DNA from: a virus
Lineage: Duplodnaviria > Caudoviricetes
Reading direction: 5' to 3' (one strand)
IMG/VR virus record: IMGVR_UViG_3300023176_004604
Location: 1 to 28,898 of that record
Length of the DNA stretch: 28,898 bases
Of the stretch, positions 1 through 9,600 are shown one piece after another. Made by a program: the position numbers and the translations under genes. The notes under the pieces were generated by a model. That model worked only from the letters and a program-made list of their open reading frames with translations, was not told the origin of the DNA and did not search any database. Every line of letters starts with the position of its first letter. The stretch's first letter is position 1.

Positions 1-20
1 AAAACAAAAGGAGATATAAC

Positions 21-422
21 ATGGGACGCCCACTCAATAAAAGATACTTCGGTAGCCTTGCAACAGCAGACCAACGTGCAGCAGGTACAGAAACTCAAGA
101 AAATATTCGTGCAGAAGCAAACCTAACTACAACAGGTATTGTAGACGATGCATTTATTGTTGCACAAAAAGGTTCAAACAAATTTATTTTAAGAAATAAA
201 GCTGGAGATGCAAACTCACAAACTGTTTGCCGTCTAGTAAATAAAGCAACTGCTGCATTATCAGCAGGCGAAATGGTTTTATTTGGTACTGACGGAACAG
301 GAAGTAGAATTCCTTTGAAAAAAATTACAGCACGTAAAGCTACTGATTATAATAACACCAGATACACATGGGAAGTGCAAGACGACTCTACTGAAACTGT
401 AATTGTTCTTACAGCACTATAA
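21..422 (+). CDS. Phage hypothetical protein, probably virion structural (133 aa)
   Basis: ORF with AAGGAG Shine-Dalgarno (9-14). Beta-rich sequence at the head of the structural cluster. No family recognised with confidence. Confidence 0.75.
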   Translation: MGRPLNKRYFGSLATADQRAAGTETQENIRAEANLTTTGIVDDAFIVAQKGSNKFILRNKAGDANSQTVCRLVNKATAALSAGEMVLFGTDGTGSRIPLKKITARKATDYNNTRYTWEVQDDSTETVIVLTAL

Positions 423-441
423 GATAATAAGGTAATAATAT

Positions 442-1443
442 ATGTCTAAGTTTCTTAAAATACCAAACGGTGATTATAAAATCCAAGTCCAAAATAGTGG
501 CAACATTATTTTAGATACAGGGTTTGAAACTGGACAAGTTCGTATTACCGGAGACCTCGTTGTAGAAGGTGATACTACAACTGTTCAGTCTGAAAATATG
601 ACGGTTAAAGATAATATAATCGTACTAAATGAAGGCGAAGCAGGAGTCGGTGTCACCTTAAACGAGTCTGGTCTTAGAATAGATAGAGGTGCTCTTGTAG
701 ATACCTTTATGGTTTTTGATGAAGATTTAACATGGACTGATCCAGCTACAGCAACATTGAAAACTGGAGCGTTTGTTTTTAAGGACCAAAACGGCGGAGC
801 AATTGGGTTGAGATGTACAAGTATCTCAACTGGCGGCGGCGATTTGTATCTTATTAATAGAAGCAACGGTGTAATAAGTGTTACCGGAACAACTAATTAC
901 GAAAATAATGTAACAGACGATGATCACATACCAAATAAAAAATATGTAGACGACGAGATTATTAATGCGTTTGCTACAGTTTTCCAAGCAAGAATCGGCG
1001 AAGGTGTTGTAGATCCTTCCTTTGTTGAAGTAAAAGATAATGAAGATACAACACTTCCTAGTGTTATTGAATTTGGCATCGATAATAATATTGTAGCAGA
1101 ATTTTATGGAAACAGACTTGAATTAAATGATCTAAGAATCGAAGGCACAAAAATTGAAACTATTAACTCAAACGAAGATTTAATTTTATCTACACCAGGA
1201 GATGGTGTAGTTAGAGTTCAAGATGTTTTAGAAATTAGTGGAACTCCTAGCATTGATGATCCTGATCAAGATTTAGCAGCACTTGGAGTGCAGTATGAAC
1301 CTAATTATCCTGGCGATGGTATTAGATTATATGTTAAAGATAGAGATCACGGCGGCACTGGTGTATTTTTCAAACACCAAGACCAAACTAGAGGTGAACT
1401 AATAAGTAATAATAGATCAATAGTTTACAGTATGATATTTTAA
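442..1443 (+). CDS. Fibre-like virion structural protein (333 aa)
   Basis: AAGG SD. Contains the fibre-shaft motif GDLVVEGDTTTVQSENMTVKDNIIVLN, a PNKKYVD motif and an IETINSNEDLILST repeat shared with the larger fibre genes. Hydrophobic C-terminus (VYSMIF). Confidence 0.75.
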   Translation: MSKFLKIPNGDYKIQVQNSGNIILDTGFETGQVRITGDLVVEGDTTTVQSENMTVKDNIIVLNEGEAGVGVTLNESGLRIDRGALVDTFMVFDEDLTWTDPATATLKTGAFVFKDQNGGAIGLRCTSISTGGGDLYLINRSNGVISVTGTTNYENNVTDDDHIPNKKYVDDEIINAFATVFQARIGEGVVDPSFVEVKDNEDTTLPSVIEFGIDNNIVAEFYGNRLELNDLRIEGTKIETINSNEDLILSTPGDGVVRVQDVLEISGTPSIDDPDQDLAALGVQYEPNYPGDGIRLYVKDRDHGGTGVFFKHQDQTRGELISNNRSIVYSMIF

Positions 1444-1455
1444 AAGGACGAAAAC

Positions 1456-1833
1456 ATGGCAATAAGTAGCGTAGCAGTAGCAAACACAGATACAGATTTA
1501 ATTCTTGTGCCTGATCCTTTTGTAGGATGGGATCCTGCAACGTCTGATCAACCGCCTGTTAGATACGCAATTACAACAATTATGGTTTGTAATACTTGGG
1601 TACCTAATCCGGTGCATGAAGAAGACGGACTTACAACTTTTGATATGCATCTTGTTAAAAGAGATGAACCAAAAAGTGATACAAATAAAGTAATTAATGT
1701 TCTCGAACTTCCAGCAGGGGAAACATTTACATTTGATTCGGAAAAAGTTGTTTTAGAATCAGGTGACAAAATTGTAATTGTTGGAGATTCTCCAACTAAT
1801 TTAAGTGCAACAGTAAGTTATTTGGAAGTATAA
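1456..1833 (+). CDS. Small beta-sandwich virion protein, paralogue 1 of 3 (125 aa)
   Basis: AAGGA SD. Shares the pattern [IV]xxxNx...LPAxxT...EKxVL...K[IL]xI...SYxE with 10397..10726, and more weakly with 25236..25556. Confidence 0.75.
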   Translation: MAISSVAVANTDTDLILVPDPFVGWDPATSDQPPVRYAITTIMVCNTWVPNPVHEEDGLTTFDMHLVKRDEPKSDTNKVINVLELPAGETFTFDSEKVVLESGDKIVIVGDSPTNLSATVSYLEV

Positions 1834-1834
1834 T

Positions 1835-2344
1835 ATGAGATTAATGAAAGCGCAAACTACTAACTTAAGAAGCATTAGAGGTAGCGGTGTAAAGCAAGAC
1901 TCTAATGGTCAAGTTATTATGCAAAGCAAAAAGGGTTTGCGTGTACCTAAAGGTCGAGAAAATGATAGACCTTTTTATCCTGATAACGGATATGTAAGAT
2001 ACAATATATCTGACGATCAACTTGAAGCATATCAAAACGGTGCGTGGAGAGAAATACGATTTAAGGAACCTAACCAAGATCCTGGAATTGTACAACAAAG
2101 TTTAGGCGTTGGAGACGAAGTAGAAACCGACTTTGGACCGTTATACAGTGGCGATCCTGATTTTCCAGTACCAGAAGCAGCACAAAACATTCTCGTATTT
2201 GTAGAAAATGTTTTTCAAGTTGCAATAACAAACTACACATTAGTACAAAATCCTGTAGGCAAAACTGCTGGCTGGTATATCAGATTTGGTACTGCTGTAC
2301 CTTTTGGTAAGCCTGTCACAGTCCTACATAACTTTGACAAGTAA
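1835..2344 (+). CDS. Virion structural protein with fibre junction motif (169 aa)
   Basis: Starts 1 nt after the upstream stop. Motif VPKGRENDRP...GYVRYN...LEAYQNGAW recurs in the 1379- and 1243-aa proteins. C-terminal ILVFVENVFQ...YTL...IRFGTAVP domain is typical of T4-like baseplate/structural proteins. Confidence 0.75.
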   Translation: MRLMKAQTTNLRSIRGSGVKQDSNGQVIMQSKKGLRVPKGRENDRPFYPDNGYVRYNISDDQLEAYQNGAWREIRFKEPNQDPGIVQQSLGVGDEVETDFGPLYSGDPDFPVPEAAQNILVFVENVFQVAITNYTLVQNPVGKTAGWYIRFGTAVPFGKPVTVLHNFDK

Positions 2345-2348
2345 TTAC

Positions 2349-2356
2349 TATAAATA
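2349..2356 (+). promoter_or_regulatory. T4-type late promoter (TATAAATA)
   Basis: Exact T4 gp55 late -10 consensus in an intergenic gap, 20 nt before the ATG at 2377, followed by a TAAGGA SD. Confidence 0.8.
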
Positions 2357-2376
2357 CAATATAGTAAGGAAGAAGC

Positions 2377-5300
2377 ATGTCACAAGTTGGTAGAATAGGT
2401 GGTGGTGTTTTAAAAGCCAACATCGAAATCAATGAAAATAACGCAGGTAAAGATTTCTTAAACTTTAAAAATACCGGAGCGGATACAGCAGTATTGCACA
2501 TCGATCCGCTTACAAGTCGTATTGGCGTTAATATGGAGAACCCAGCAAGAGATGTTGAGGCTCCTACACAAATAAGATCAACCCATTGGAATAGTGATGT
2601 AGCTGAACTTCCTAATTTTACAATTGATGGAAATATTACAAATAATATAGGTCCTACAACTACAATAAGTTCGGCGGGAAATATACGTTCAAGTGGCATT
2701 GCAGTTTCAGGAATAGAAATCGATGACAACAAAATTATGTCTCGTCAAACAGATCAAGATATAATAATACAAGTTGGCACAAACGAAAGAGTTAGAAGTT
2801 ATGCTAACGTAGATGTTTACGGTGACATTAGTGCAGAGGCAGTAACACAACCCGACTTTGACATTATAATCGAAGAAGTTCAAAAAATTGTAAGCGGAGA
2901 CACATCGGGATTTTTATATCCGTTCTTAACAAGTGTTGCAGGCAACGGATTTCAATACGGTGATATTAATAATGACGGTTCTATAACAGCAAGTGATGTA
3001 ACTGCATTTGCTCGTTGGAGAAGTTTAGGTGATCAAAACCTAACTCATATGAAAGATCATTTTATACCTGATTTACTTACACTACAAGGAACATATCCAG
3101 ATGCTATAGATGCTGGCGGCAAAATACAATTTACTGGAAATCTTACATTTGGTGATGACATAACTGAAGATACTATTGCATTTGGAGATGAAATTCGTAG
3201 TGATATTTTACCTGATGTTAATAATGCATTTAGACTAGGTAGAGAAGGCAGACGATGGAATCAAATCTGGTCAGATTCAATTGAAACAGAGAGTGCAATT
3301 GTTGTAAGTGATTTAATTATTAATGGTATTAGCATGGCAAAACGTATGGGAAATACGTTTTATGTTGATACTAACGGAGATGATAATAATACTGGTGATC
3401 ATCCAAGAGCTCCGATGCGTACAATAGCCGGAGCACTTGCAAAATGTGATGCAAGTATCGCCGGCCCGGTAACAGTTTCTATAATGGCAGGAACATATCA
3501 AGAAGTTTTACCTCTTATTCTTCCACCAAATGTAACTGTTAGAGGTGACGATTTAAGAAATGTTGTTATTATTCCAGAATCTGGTAGCGAATACGAAGAT
3601 GTATTTTTACTAGACGGAGAATCTGGAGTAGAAAATGTAACTATTAAAAACTTTTATTATGATAGTGTAGCGAATAAAGGACATGCTTTTAGATTTAAAT
3701 CCGGCGGGACTGTTACAAGTAGATCACCTTATGTAAGAAACGTAACTGTAATTACTAGAGGAAGTGTTGTTACTGTTGATGATCCTAAAGGCTTTAACGA
3801 AGGCGATGCAGGTCGCGGTGCATATATAGATGGTAGTGAACTAACAGCTATTAGTAGAAACGCTGCAATGCTGTTTCATGCAGCAACATTTATTACACCT
3901 GGTGTAGATGCTGTTACAATGACAAATGGCTGTAGAGTTGAATGGTTAAATTCCTTTACATATTTTGCAAACAGAGGATTGTATGCTGTTAACGGTGTAA
4001 CTGGTAGAGTTGGTTTAGACGGTAGTACAGTTAACTACGGTGCTGAAATACGTTCGATAGGCAGTGCAAACGTTTACGGCAATGTTGGTGCAGAAGCAGA
4101 CGGCGCAGACTGTTTAATGTATCTAATCAATCATAATTTTGCTTATATAGGTTCTGGAAAAAATGTAGAAAACGACGAAACACTTACAGACTATACGCAA
4201 ATTGCAAAACAATTAAACAGCGGCAAAATTTATTACAGTAGTACAGAACAAAACGGTAATTTTAGAGTTGGTGAAGCTTTCTTTGTTAACTTCCAAACAG
4301 GAAATACAAGTGTAGACACTTCAAACATTAACTTTGATGGGCTAAACAGTTTAACCCTTGAAGGAACAAACAGCAGAACTATACTTTCTTCTGAAAAAAT
4401 AGATGTTGGAAATTTACGTTTAGCGGGTAATACACTATTTTCTTTATCAGGCGATGTAAACGTTGATTCAATTGACGGAAATATCAATTTCCAAAATGAC
4501 GTTAACATATTACAAAATTTAGATATCACCGGTGATGTAACAATTGATGGTCAATTAATAACTTTTGGTAATCAGTTCCAAGATACTGTAACATTTAATG
4601 TTGACATTAACCAAAATTTTGTACCAGATGATGACACTGCTTATACTTTGGGTAATTCTACATACAGATGGAAAGATGTATATCTTGACAAAGCAGAAAT
4701 AGATGGTATACAAATATTTGATAATATAATTACAACAAAAGATAGCAATGCAAATTTAGAACTGTTAAGCAATAGTGCAGGTGTTGTAGCACTAGAAAAT
4801 ATCACTTTTAAAGAAAATACAATAAGCACATATCCAATTGTTGGCGCTGATTCTACACTTGATGATTCTCATCTAAACTTAGATATCGGTGGAGACTTTT
4901 TAGACATTCAAGCTACTGGATTTGTATTACCAAACGGCACTACAGCACAACAACTTAGAACAAACGATGATGAAGACCTTTCAGGTGGACTTAGATTTAA
5001 TACACAAACTGGTTTATTTGAAGGTTACGGCGATGCACGTATAACCTTTAGAGGTGTATACTCTGATAATCAAAGAACAAATGTAACTGCACATAAAACT
5101 AATAACACTTTAAATTTTGTAGTTAACAACAATCCAGTAGGACAAGTTAACGCAATGGGTTTAGAAGTTGTAGGACTACAAAGCGATAGTATTCTTATTA
5201 ACGATAACGTGATTACTACTGTTGATAGTAATGCTGATTTAGAATTACGTAGAACAACAAACGAATCTATATTGCTAAACGGTCAAGAATATGTAAGAGA

Positions 5301-6516
5301 CAACATATTCACAAACGATAACAACGCAGGTGCAATGACAATTTATAGTACCGACAGAGGATTTGTTAAATTTACAGGAACTGACGGTGTAGCACTACCA
5401 ACTACAGGTTCTGTTGCTATTGACGATGTAAGTACAGCTACTATTGTAGCAGGAACAGTTTCTAATTCAGATATTTTTGCAACTTCTGCAGGAGGTGTAA
5501 CTGTACAATCTGCAGGCATTGGATCAACAAATAATGATGGGTTTGCTACATATCCGCACTACTTGTTTACAGGATCATCAAATACAAGTATTGAAACAAC
5601 AACATACGATTTATCCAACTGGCGCGGCGGCGGCTTTAGTGGTAAAGTTATTGTAGGTAGCGGAACAAATGGCGGAGAGAGACCGGAACAATTAGAAACT
5701 TTAGAATTACAGTTTACAACAGATAATACAAACTGGACAACTTTAGGAACTATTGCATCTGGAGATGATTCAAAGGATTGGGCAGACTTTGAAATACTAC
5801 TAGGTTTAGACGCATTTGGTGAGAATGTTCCAGCAGCTAGTGGAACTATACAGTCATCAGAATTTGGTAGCAGTGATAATAGTCCAAATCAAAGTTTTAG
5901 ACTTAATATTGAAGACCTTTTAGGCTTTGAACCAGATAATGCAACAATTACATCAGTTGAATTTAGAGGCGACTTTGGAGATAACAACGAATATGTAGAT
6001 GTCACTATAAATGGAGTCACTTATAGAATAGGCGAAACTGAAGATATTGGCGATACAGATCAATGGATACCTAGTTCAAATCTTACAAACGTAGATATTT
6101 CAGCAGCTCTAACTGAAGTAGATTTTAAAACAGGGTTTGATGTACTAGTTTCTCCTAGTAGTGCAATATCTTTTGATAGTGTAGGCATAGGCAATTGGTG
6201 GGAATTGCGATTTAATATAGATGCATCCCGTGCAGAAGTTATTATTGATACAAGTGCAGTTAAATTTAGGGTTCATGAAACAGTTCTTACATCAGACGAT
6301 AATGACAATTTTGGATTGACAGATCTTGCACTAAGAATATCAGTAGAAGATGCTATTGCTCCTGTAGAAGGTGCTATAAGATTTAACATTGGTACAAAGC
6401 AAGAAGAAGTGTATAACGGAACACAGTGGATTGCAAGTACTGGTTTAGAAGAAGACCCAGTTACAAATGAAGTTATGGAAGACTTTTCTAACGTTTGGTC
6501 TCTTATCCTAGGGTAA
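2377..6516 (+). CDS. Large tail-fibre/spike-like protein: pectin-lyase-like beta-helix with dockerin-like and jelly-roll insertions (1379 aa)
   Basis: FYVDTNGDD..GDHP..PMRTIAGAL...AGTYQEVLP...GDDLR is a typical beta-helix entry motif. Collinear paralogue of 6661..10392 (MSQVGRIGGGVLKAN vs MAVGRISGPLLKAN; shared RSPY, ITPGVDAVT, RVEWLN.FTYFANRG). Ends SLILG. Confidence 0.8.
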   Translation: MSQVGRIGGGVLKANIEINENNAGKDFLNFKNTGADTAVLHIDPLTSRIGVNMENPARDVEAPTQIRSTHWNSDVAELPNFTIDGNITNNIGPTTTISSAGNIRSSGIAVSGIEIDDNKIMSRQTDQDIIIQVGTNERVRSYANVDVYGDISAEAVTQPDFDIIIEEVQKIVSGDTSGFLYPFLTSVAGNGFQYGDINNDGSITASDVTAFARWRSLGDQNLTHMKDHFIPDLLTLQGTYPDAIDAGGKIQFTGNLTFGDDITEDTIAFGDEIRSDILPDVNNAFRLGREGRRWNQIWSDSIETESAIVVSDLIINGISMAKRMGNTFYVDTNGDDNNTGDHPRAPMRTIAGALAKCDASIAGPVTVSIMAGTYQEVLPLILPPNVTVRGDDLRNVVIIPESGSEYEDVFLLDGESGVENVTIKNFYYDSVANKGHAFRFKSGGTVTSRSPYVRNVTVITRGSVVTVDDPKGFNEGDAGRGAYIDGSELTAISRNAAMLFHAATFITPGVDAVTMTNGCRVEWLNSFTYFANRGLYAVNGVTGRVGLDGSTVNYGAEIRSIGSANVYGNVGAEADGADCLMYLINHNFAYIGSGKNVENDETLTDYTQIAKQLNSGKIYYSSTEQNGNFRVGEAFFVNFQTGNTSVDTSNINFDGLNSLTLEGTNSRTILSSEKIDVGNLRLAGNTLFSLSGDVNVDSIDGNINFQNDVNILQNLDITGDVTIDGQLITFGNQFQDTVTFNVDINQNFVPDDDTAYTLGNSTYRWKDVYLDKAEIDGIQIFDNIITTKDSNANLELLSNSAGVVALENITFKENTISTYPIVGADSTLDDSHLNLDIGGDFLDIQATGFVLPNGTTAQQLRTNDDEDLSGGLRFNTQTGLFEGYGDARITFRGVYSDNQRTNVTAHKTNNTLNFVVNNNPVGQVNAMGLEVVGLQSDSILINDNVITTVDSNADLELRRTTNESILLNGQEYVRDNIFTNDNNAGAMTIYSTDRGFVKFTGTDGVALPTTGSVAIDDVSTATIVAGTVSNSDIFATSAGGVTVQSAGIGSTNNDGFATYPHYLFTGSSNTSIETTTYDLSNWRGGGFSGKVIVGSGTNGGERPEQLETLELQFTTDNTNWTTLGTIASGDDSKDWADFEILLGLDAFGENVPAASGTIQSSEFGSSDNSPNQSFRLNIEDLLGFEPDNATITSVEFRGDFGDNNEYVDVTINGVTYRIGETEDIGDTDQWIPSSNLTNVDISAALTEVDFKTGFDVLVSPSSAISFDSVGIGNWWELRFNIDASRAEVIIDTSAVKFRVHETVLTSDDNDNFGLTDLALRISVEDAIAPVEGAIRFNIGTKQEEVYNGTQWIASTGLEEDPVTNEVMEDFSNVWSLILG

Positions 6517-6538
6517 CACACTCCTTTTCTTTAAATTA

Positions 6539-6546
6539 GATAAATA
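6539..6546 (+). promoter_or_regulatory. Late promoter variant (GATAAATA)
   Basis: ATAAATA core in an AT-rich intergenic gap. The same box occurs at three other intergenic sites. Confidence 0.65.
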
Positions 6547-6660
6547 TTATTAATGCAAGTAAGACCAATATTTGCAGGTCGAAACTGTGGTTAGCCGGCA
6601 AAGAGCCCGAGGGATGAAAACTAGGCTAGAGGGACAGGATCCCCGTATTGAGGAGAAGAG
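6547..6660 (+). ncRNA. Candidate structured 5' leader / cis-regulatory RNA
   Basis: Lies in the longest non-coding gap (6517-6660). 6577-6646 is 40/70 GC against ~37% background, with several complementary segments and a possible pseudoknot just before the GAGGAG SD. No known family recognised. Confidence 0.45.
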
Positions 6661-9600
6661 ATGGCAGTTGGTCGAATATCTGGTCCGCTCTTAAAGGCAA
6701 ACTTGCTCCGTGATGGAGTAGACCTCGCTTTTGAGACAGACTTACTTTATCTAGATGTCAATAACAACCGTATAGGTGTGAATAATAGCTCTCCTGAATA
6801 CGACTTAGATGTTACCGGCATAGTTAGAGCACCAACAGTAGAAATTACTAGTTTCGCTGACTTTAACGGCGTTCAATTCTCTGGTGATACAATTTCAACA
6901 ACAAACGGTACACTAACAATTGGTACCGGTGACAATGTTGTTTATCAAAACAAATTAGATATTGATGAGATTACATTAGAAAACAATGTAATCAGCACAC
7001 AAAATTCAAACGCAGCAATCGAATTTAGACCAAACGGAACGGGTAAAGTAGAAATACATTCTAACTTATCTGTACAAGGTAACATATATGCAACTGGTAG
7101 TATTACTGCTGATGGCGAAATTACAATCGGTGATGCAAACACAGATTATATTGAGTTTAATGCAGAAGTAACAAGTGATATTATACCAGATGCAGATAAT
7201 ACTTATAGTTTAGGTAGCGACCCTGACTCAGGCGGCGCACAATGGAGTGCTGTTTATGTAAATCAATTTAATGCAACAAGTGTTGCTACAACTGATCTTA
7301 CAGTAGATGGAATTGATTTAGCACTACGTCCAGGAAGCACAATTTATGTAGCAGAAAACGGCGATGATACACTTACAGGAACACATCCACAAGATCCAGT
7401 TGCTACACTTAAACATGCACTTACACTTGCTACAGCAGGCGACACTGTTTATTTGTTTCCTGGTGTATACGAAGAAATATTTCCACTTACAATACCAGTA
7501 GGCGTAACTGTACACGGACACAGTTTAAGAAGTGTTACTATTCAACCTACAGCAGGAACATCTACACAAGATGCATTTTTACTAAACGGTGAAACAACTA
7601 TTGAAGAAGTAACTATCACTGGATTTAACTTTGATGTCGGAAACAATACAGGGTATGCATTTAAATATGCACCTGGCTTTGAAGTAACTACACGTTCACC
7701 TTATCTAAGAAACATAACAGTAATTACAAGCGGAACAGTAACAACAGCAGACGATCCGAGAGGATTTGATGCAGGTGACGCAGGTAAGGGCGGTTATTTT
7801 GATGGCTCTGTTGCAACTCCTAACTCAAACGAAGTTAGCATTTTGTTCCACGCAGTTACGTTTATTACCCCAGGTGTTGATGCAGTAACATTTACAAACG
7901 GTGTAAGAGTCGAATGGTTAAACTGTTTTACATACTTTGCTAACAGAGGTGTGTATTGCTTAGACGGTGTAAGCGGTAAGTCAAGTGTTGGTAAAACAGC
8001 ATTACGTGTTGCAGATGTAACTGGAGCATTTGTTGCTGGCGAAACAATTACATATTATGATTATGACGGTGTAACTGTATTAGGAACTAGTACAATTGAC
8101 AGCATTGATGCTGACGGTAAAATATTTGTTTCAGGAAAAGTTACAGGTTTTGAAACAGCTGAAGAAAGACTAGGTAAACAAATAGCAGCCAACGGTGATG
8201 CACAACTTGATACTTCAGAAAAGAAATTCGGAACTGCAAGTTTACGTTTAGATGGCACTGGAGATTATGCTAGTGTACAACCTCAAAATGATTTTGGGTT
8301 CGGTACAGGAGATTTTACTGTAGAAGCATGGGTATATGCAGATGCAATTCCTGCAACAGATCAAAACATATTTGATTTTAGAGCATCTGTTGACACCGAC
8401 GTTGCTCCAGTAGTATATACAAATAACGGAAGCATCTATTATTATACAGATAGTGCAAACAGAATTACAGGGGCTGCTGCAATAACAGCAACAACATGGC
8501 ATCATATTGCACTTACAAGAGAAGGTACAAATACAAAACTATTTGTAGACGGTACACAAGTAGGTAGTACATATACTGATAGCAATGACTACGGTTCTGC
8601 AAAACCTTTGTTTATAGGTGCAAAGCATGACGGCAACGATGCACTTGCAGGTAATATAGATGACTTTAGAGTCATCAAAGGAGAAGCTGAATATACAGCA
8701 AACTTTACTGCACCTACTGTAAATTTATATGCAACACCTGAAACAGTATTGTTGTTAAGATTTAACGGAACTAATGCATCAACAGATTTTGAAGATGAAG
8801 TGGTTTACGCACAGGATATTAGATTTAGCGGCGGCGCAACAGCAACACGATTTACACTTACTGACTACACAGACTTTGGCGCCGAAGTGCGTATGATCGG
8901 TAGTGCTAGTGTTTATGGTAACTATGGTATTTGGGGTAACGGTCCGGGTGTAATTGTTTACGCTATTGGACAAAACCTTGCATATATTGGCAACGGAAAA
9001 GATGTAACTAATGACCCTACAACAGTTATACAAGCAAACGAAGTAATTGAATTAGATAGTGCAAAAGTAAGATATAACTCTGTAGACCACAAAGGCGACT
9101 TTAGAGTAGGTGACTTGTTTTATGTAAACCAAGAGACAGGTACAGTAACGTTTACAACTTCTAATTTTAATGTTGCAGCAGGCCAAGGTATTACATTTAC
9201 AGACGGCGCAAACACTACATTTATAGACGGTAATCAAGTTGATACAGGAAACTTGAGACTAAGCGGAAACACATTAGAAAGTTTATCAGGTACAGTTAAT
9301 GTTGCAGCAGCAAGCCAAGAAATTAATTTATTAGATAATGTTAATATTACAGGAAACTTAGATGTAACAGGTAATGTAACAATTGGCGGCGATATTACAA
9401 TTGGTGACGAAAATACTGATGCAATTGAATTTATTGCAGGTATAGACAGTGACATTATTCCTGCTGTAAACACTGCTTACACATTAGGAAATGCTTCAAG
9501 AATTTGGAAAAACTTGTGGGCAAATCAAATAGACATAGATGATGTAAGAATTACAAACAACTATATTACAACAACTGCATCCAACGCAGATTTAGAATTA

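Noticed and set aside
6517-6540. Intrinsic terminator after the 1379-aa gene (CTCCTTTTCTTT)
   Set aside because: Pyrimidine tract without a convincing preceding GC hairpin.
6547-6660. Known small ribozyme or riboswitch (hammerhead, pistol, twister, c-di-GMP)
   Set aside because: Only fragments resemble them (GTGGTTAG, TAATGCA, GATGAAAA). Full catalytic cores and stem order could not be matched by eye.
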